The notes under the pieces are model-generated. The model worked only from the letters and a program-made list of their open reading frames with translations, did not search any database and was not told the origin of the DNA. Below, piece by piece: positions 62,431 through 64,000 of a stretch of 64,000 nt of DNA. Origin of the DNA: a virus. Made by a program: the position numbers and the translations under genes. Numbering within the stretch: position 1 is the stretch's first letter; each line of letters begins with the position of its first letter. Location of the stretch: IMG/VR virus record IMGVR_UViG_3300009165_000006. One strand, written 5' to 3'.

Positions 62431-63038
62431 TCACCTTCGACGATATCACACCTCTACCATTAGCCGGCCAGTACTGGGCAAATTTACTCGAATTATCTCT
62501 CATGCGAGTAATAGAGGGATACCCAAATCCGCTTGCATACGCATTCACACAATGGTGTCTAGGTCAAGAATCCGAAACTCTGTACAGTTTTATCCCACCA
62601 TTAAATAGGGAGTTTAAGCTACTGCGCTGGTCCTACCCCTACAGTGATGAGCGAATCTCCAATGATCTGGGATACAAGTTCAAATCTCGCATGGGCGACA
62701 TTCTAGAGCTCTCATCTGGGCTCCTAGCATTTGTCGTGATAGTTGATGAGGCAGTCTTTCTCTACACGGATGAGCAATTGCCTCTTGCAATTGACTATGT
62801 TGAACCGTCAGTTTACACTGTAGTTCAACGGGGTCCTGGTCCTCTTGAGGCCGCACCTCCCCCAAAGAAACCCCCCTACCTCAATCGTTACGAGAGAGTC
62901 CTCAATGCGATGTCCAATCGATCGATGCCACGACCTGAGGATCCTCTACGAAAAACAGACTTACCGTTCTATGACTCTCAGAATCATAGAACGGTTTTCA
63001 CAAACGCCAACCTAGTAGGGAGATGGCGACACCTCTAG
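62427..63038 (+). CDS. hypothetical protein (internal YLNRYERVLN motif)
   Basis: 203-aa ORF with ATGA overlap to the previous gene. Confidence 0.6.
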   Translation: MITFDDITPLPLAGQYWANLLELSLMRVIEGYPNPLAYAFTQWCLGQESETLYSFIPPLNREFKLLRWSYPYSDERISNDLGYKFKSRMGDILELSSGLLAFVVIVDEAVFLYTDEQLPLAIDYVEPSVYTVVQRGPGPLEAAPPPKKPPYLNRYERVLNAMSNRSMPRPEDPLRKTDLPFYDSQNHRTVFTNANLVGRWRHL

Positions 63039-63092
63039 TTAAGCCCTTTACAAGAAGGCCTACCTTGCTCAAAAGACGGGAAATCGAGTGCT

Positions 63093-63518
63093 TCAGCTAG
63101 AGGTCTTGGTTGGTAGCTTGATGTCGAAGTGATCGAGTAGTGCTTGGGACATTTCTTTCAGCTCTCGCACACAGGCATGCAAGCACTTCAACTCATTAGC
63201 GACGGAGTTGCTCTCATTCTCGTGTACTGCTGCAGACCCCTCGAAACGAGATATGGCAGTGTCCAATTTAGCCTGAACAATGCCCAATTGCTCGTGTACT
63301 TGCTGTTGCGACTCGTGAACTTCCTCGACTTTCTTGCCGTACCATACAGCTTGGACCAAAGCCGATTCTCCGATATCACTCAGGGTCAACAAACCTTGGG
63401 TGATGGTCTCCGGATCCAAGGGGTTTTCGTTGAATCGGTCTCTCCATTCCCGTAGGCTCGAGAGCACTACTACTTCCGATTGCACTCTTTCACTAGATCT
63501 CGTTTGATTTTCACCCAT
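63093..63518 (-). CDS. hypothetical coiled-coil protein
   Basis: 141-aa ORF, ATG start. Confidence 0.6.
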   Translation of the reverse strand: MGENQTRSSERVQSEVVVLSSLREWRDRFNENPLDPETITQGLLTLSDIGESALVQAVWYGKKVEEVHESQQQVHEQLGIVQAKLDTAISRFEGSAAVHENESNSVANELKCLHACVRELKEMSQALLDHFDIKLPTKTSS

Positions 63519-63618
63519 TGGACTAACTCCAGAAGCTTTTACCTAAGCTAGGGGAACCCATCAGGCATTTAATCACTAGACTTATAATCGCTAAGACCCC
63601 CTGAGCCCCAAAAAGCTC

Positions 63619-63897
63619 TTAAACTGGAATGCAGCAACAATTGGAGGTTTGGAGGGGTTGAGGTAGTACAAGCACCGATTCAAAAACTATCCTTGTGTGA
63701 TACCCAGCAGGCAAACCAAGTATGGGGGTAAGGTCCTTGGGGAAGACCCCTAGAGAGATAGTTCGGTAAGCAGGCTCTACAGTCCACCCAATACTGTCAG
63801 AGTACCAAAGAGCGGCGCCAGGCCCCTCCGCTACCAGGCTGACATAGTGACCGCTTCTCGGAGTTCCCATAACTAAGACTTCCAAAAGGACTTCCAA
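63619..63897 (-). CDS. hypothetical protein
   Basis: 92-aa ORF near the window end. Start uncertain. Confidence 0.35.
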   Translation of the reverse strand: MEVLLEVLVMGTPRSGHYVSLVAEGPGAALWYSDSIGWTVEPAYRTISLGVFPKDLTPILGLPAGYHTRIVFESVLVLPQPLQTSNCCCIPV

Positions 63898-64000
63898 CGG
63901 TGTAGTTAGGCCCCATGATCAGAGAAACGCTAACTAGCGTGGAAAGGCTCAGAATCCTCACCGGTCCAATGTTCTCCGACAAGACGGAAACGTTGATTCA

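Noticed and set aside
1-64000. Impression that GGATCC, CTCGAG and TCGA-containing sites are very frequent (GGATCC also starts each CRISPR repeat), possibly indicating absence of restriction avoidance or a modification system.
   Set aside because: This is a by-eye impression without counts or a composition-corrected expectation, so it is not reportable without k-mer statistics.

Overview
Gene-dense window (about 120 plausible ORFs on both strands, mostly short, mostly without recognisable function, many with ATGA/GTGA/TAATG stop-start overlaps). It reads like part of a huge-phage (Biggiephage-like) genome. Recognisable content: (1) a 5'-truncated Cas12j/CasPhi nuclease gene followed by a 5-repeat CRISPR array (1605-1936) whose last repeat abuts a 5'-truncated ABC-ATPase gene fragment. 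(2) An intact TnpB (IS605 OrfB-type) gene with no TnpA. (3) A six-gene operon at 50292-55701 that looks like an array-less type IV-like Cas effector module (Cas6-, Csf1-, Cas11-, Csf2/Cas7- and Csf3/Cas5-like) ending in a B12-type radical SAM enzyme. I consider this the most interesting candidate for an undescribed system. (4) An 850-aa major-vault-protein-like gene. (5) A ThiF/MoeB E1-like gene with a possible ThiS/MoaD-like partner, flanked by duplicated two-gene modules. (6) RNA-repair and NAD/ADP-ribose-related genes: Rnl2-type RNA ligase, CCA-adding enzyme, HD hydrolase, DUF2829/Tad2-like protein, nucleoside hydrolase, ADP-ribosylglycohydrolase. (7) A decaying tandem array of Ala/Trp-rich paralogs. 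Three sequence-level patterns stand out: a conserved TGCGTAATA(G/C) motif 5-11 nt upstream of at least 8 start codons; a conserved C-terminal [STN]-R-Y-x-R tail on at least 7 otherwise unrelated small proteins; and several genes that need a +1 frame change to read through. I recognised no rRNA or tRNA by eye, so tRNAscan-type tools should be run. All homology statements come from motif recognition and memory, not from database searches.
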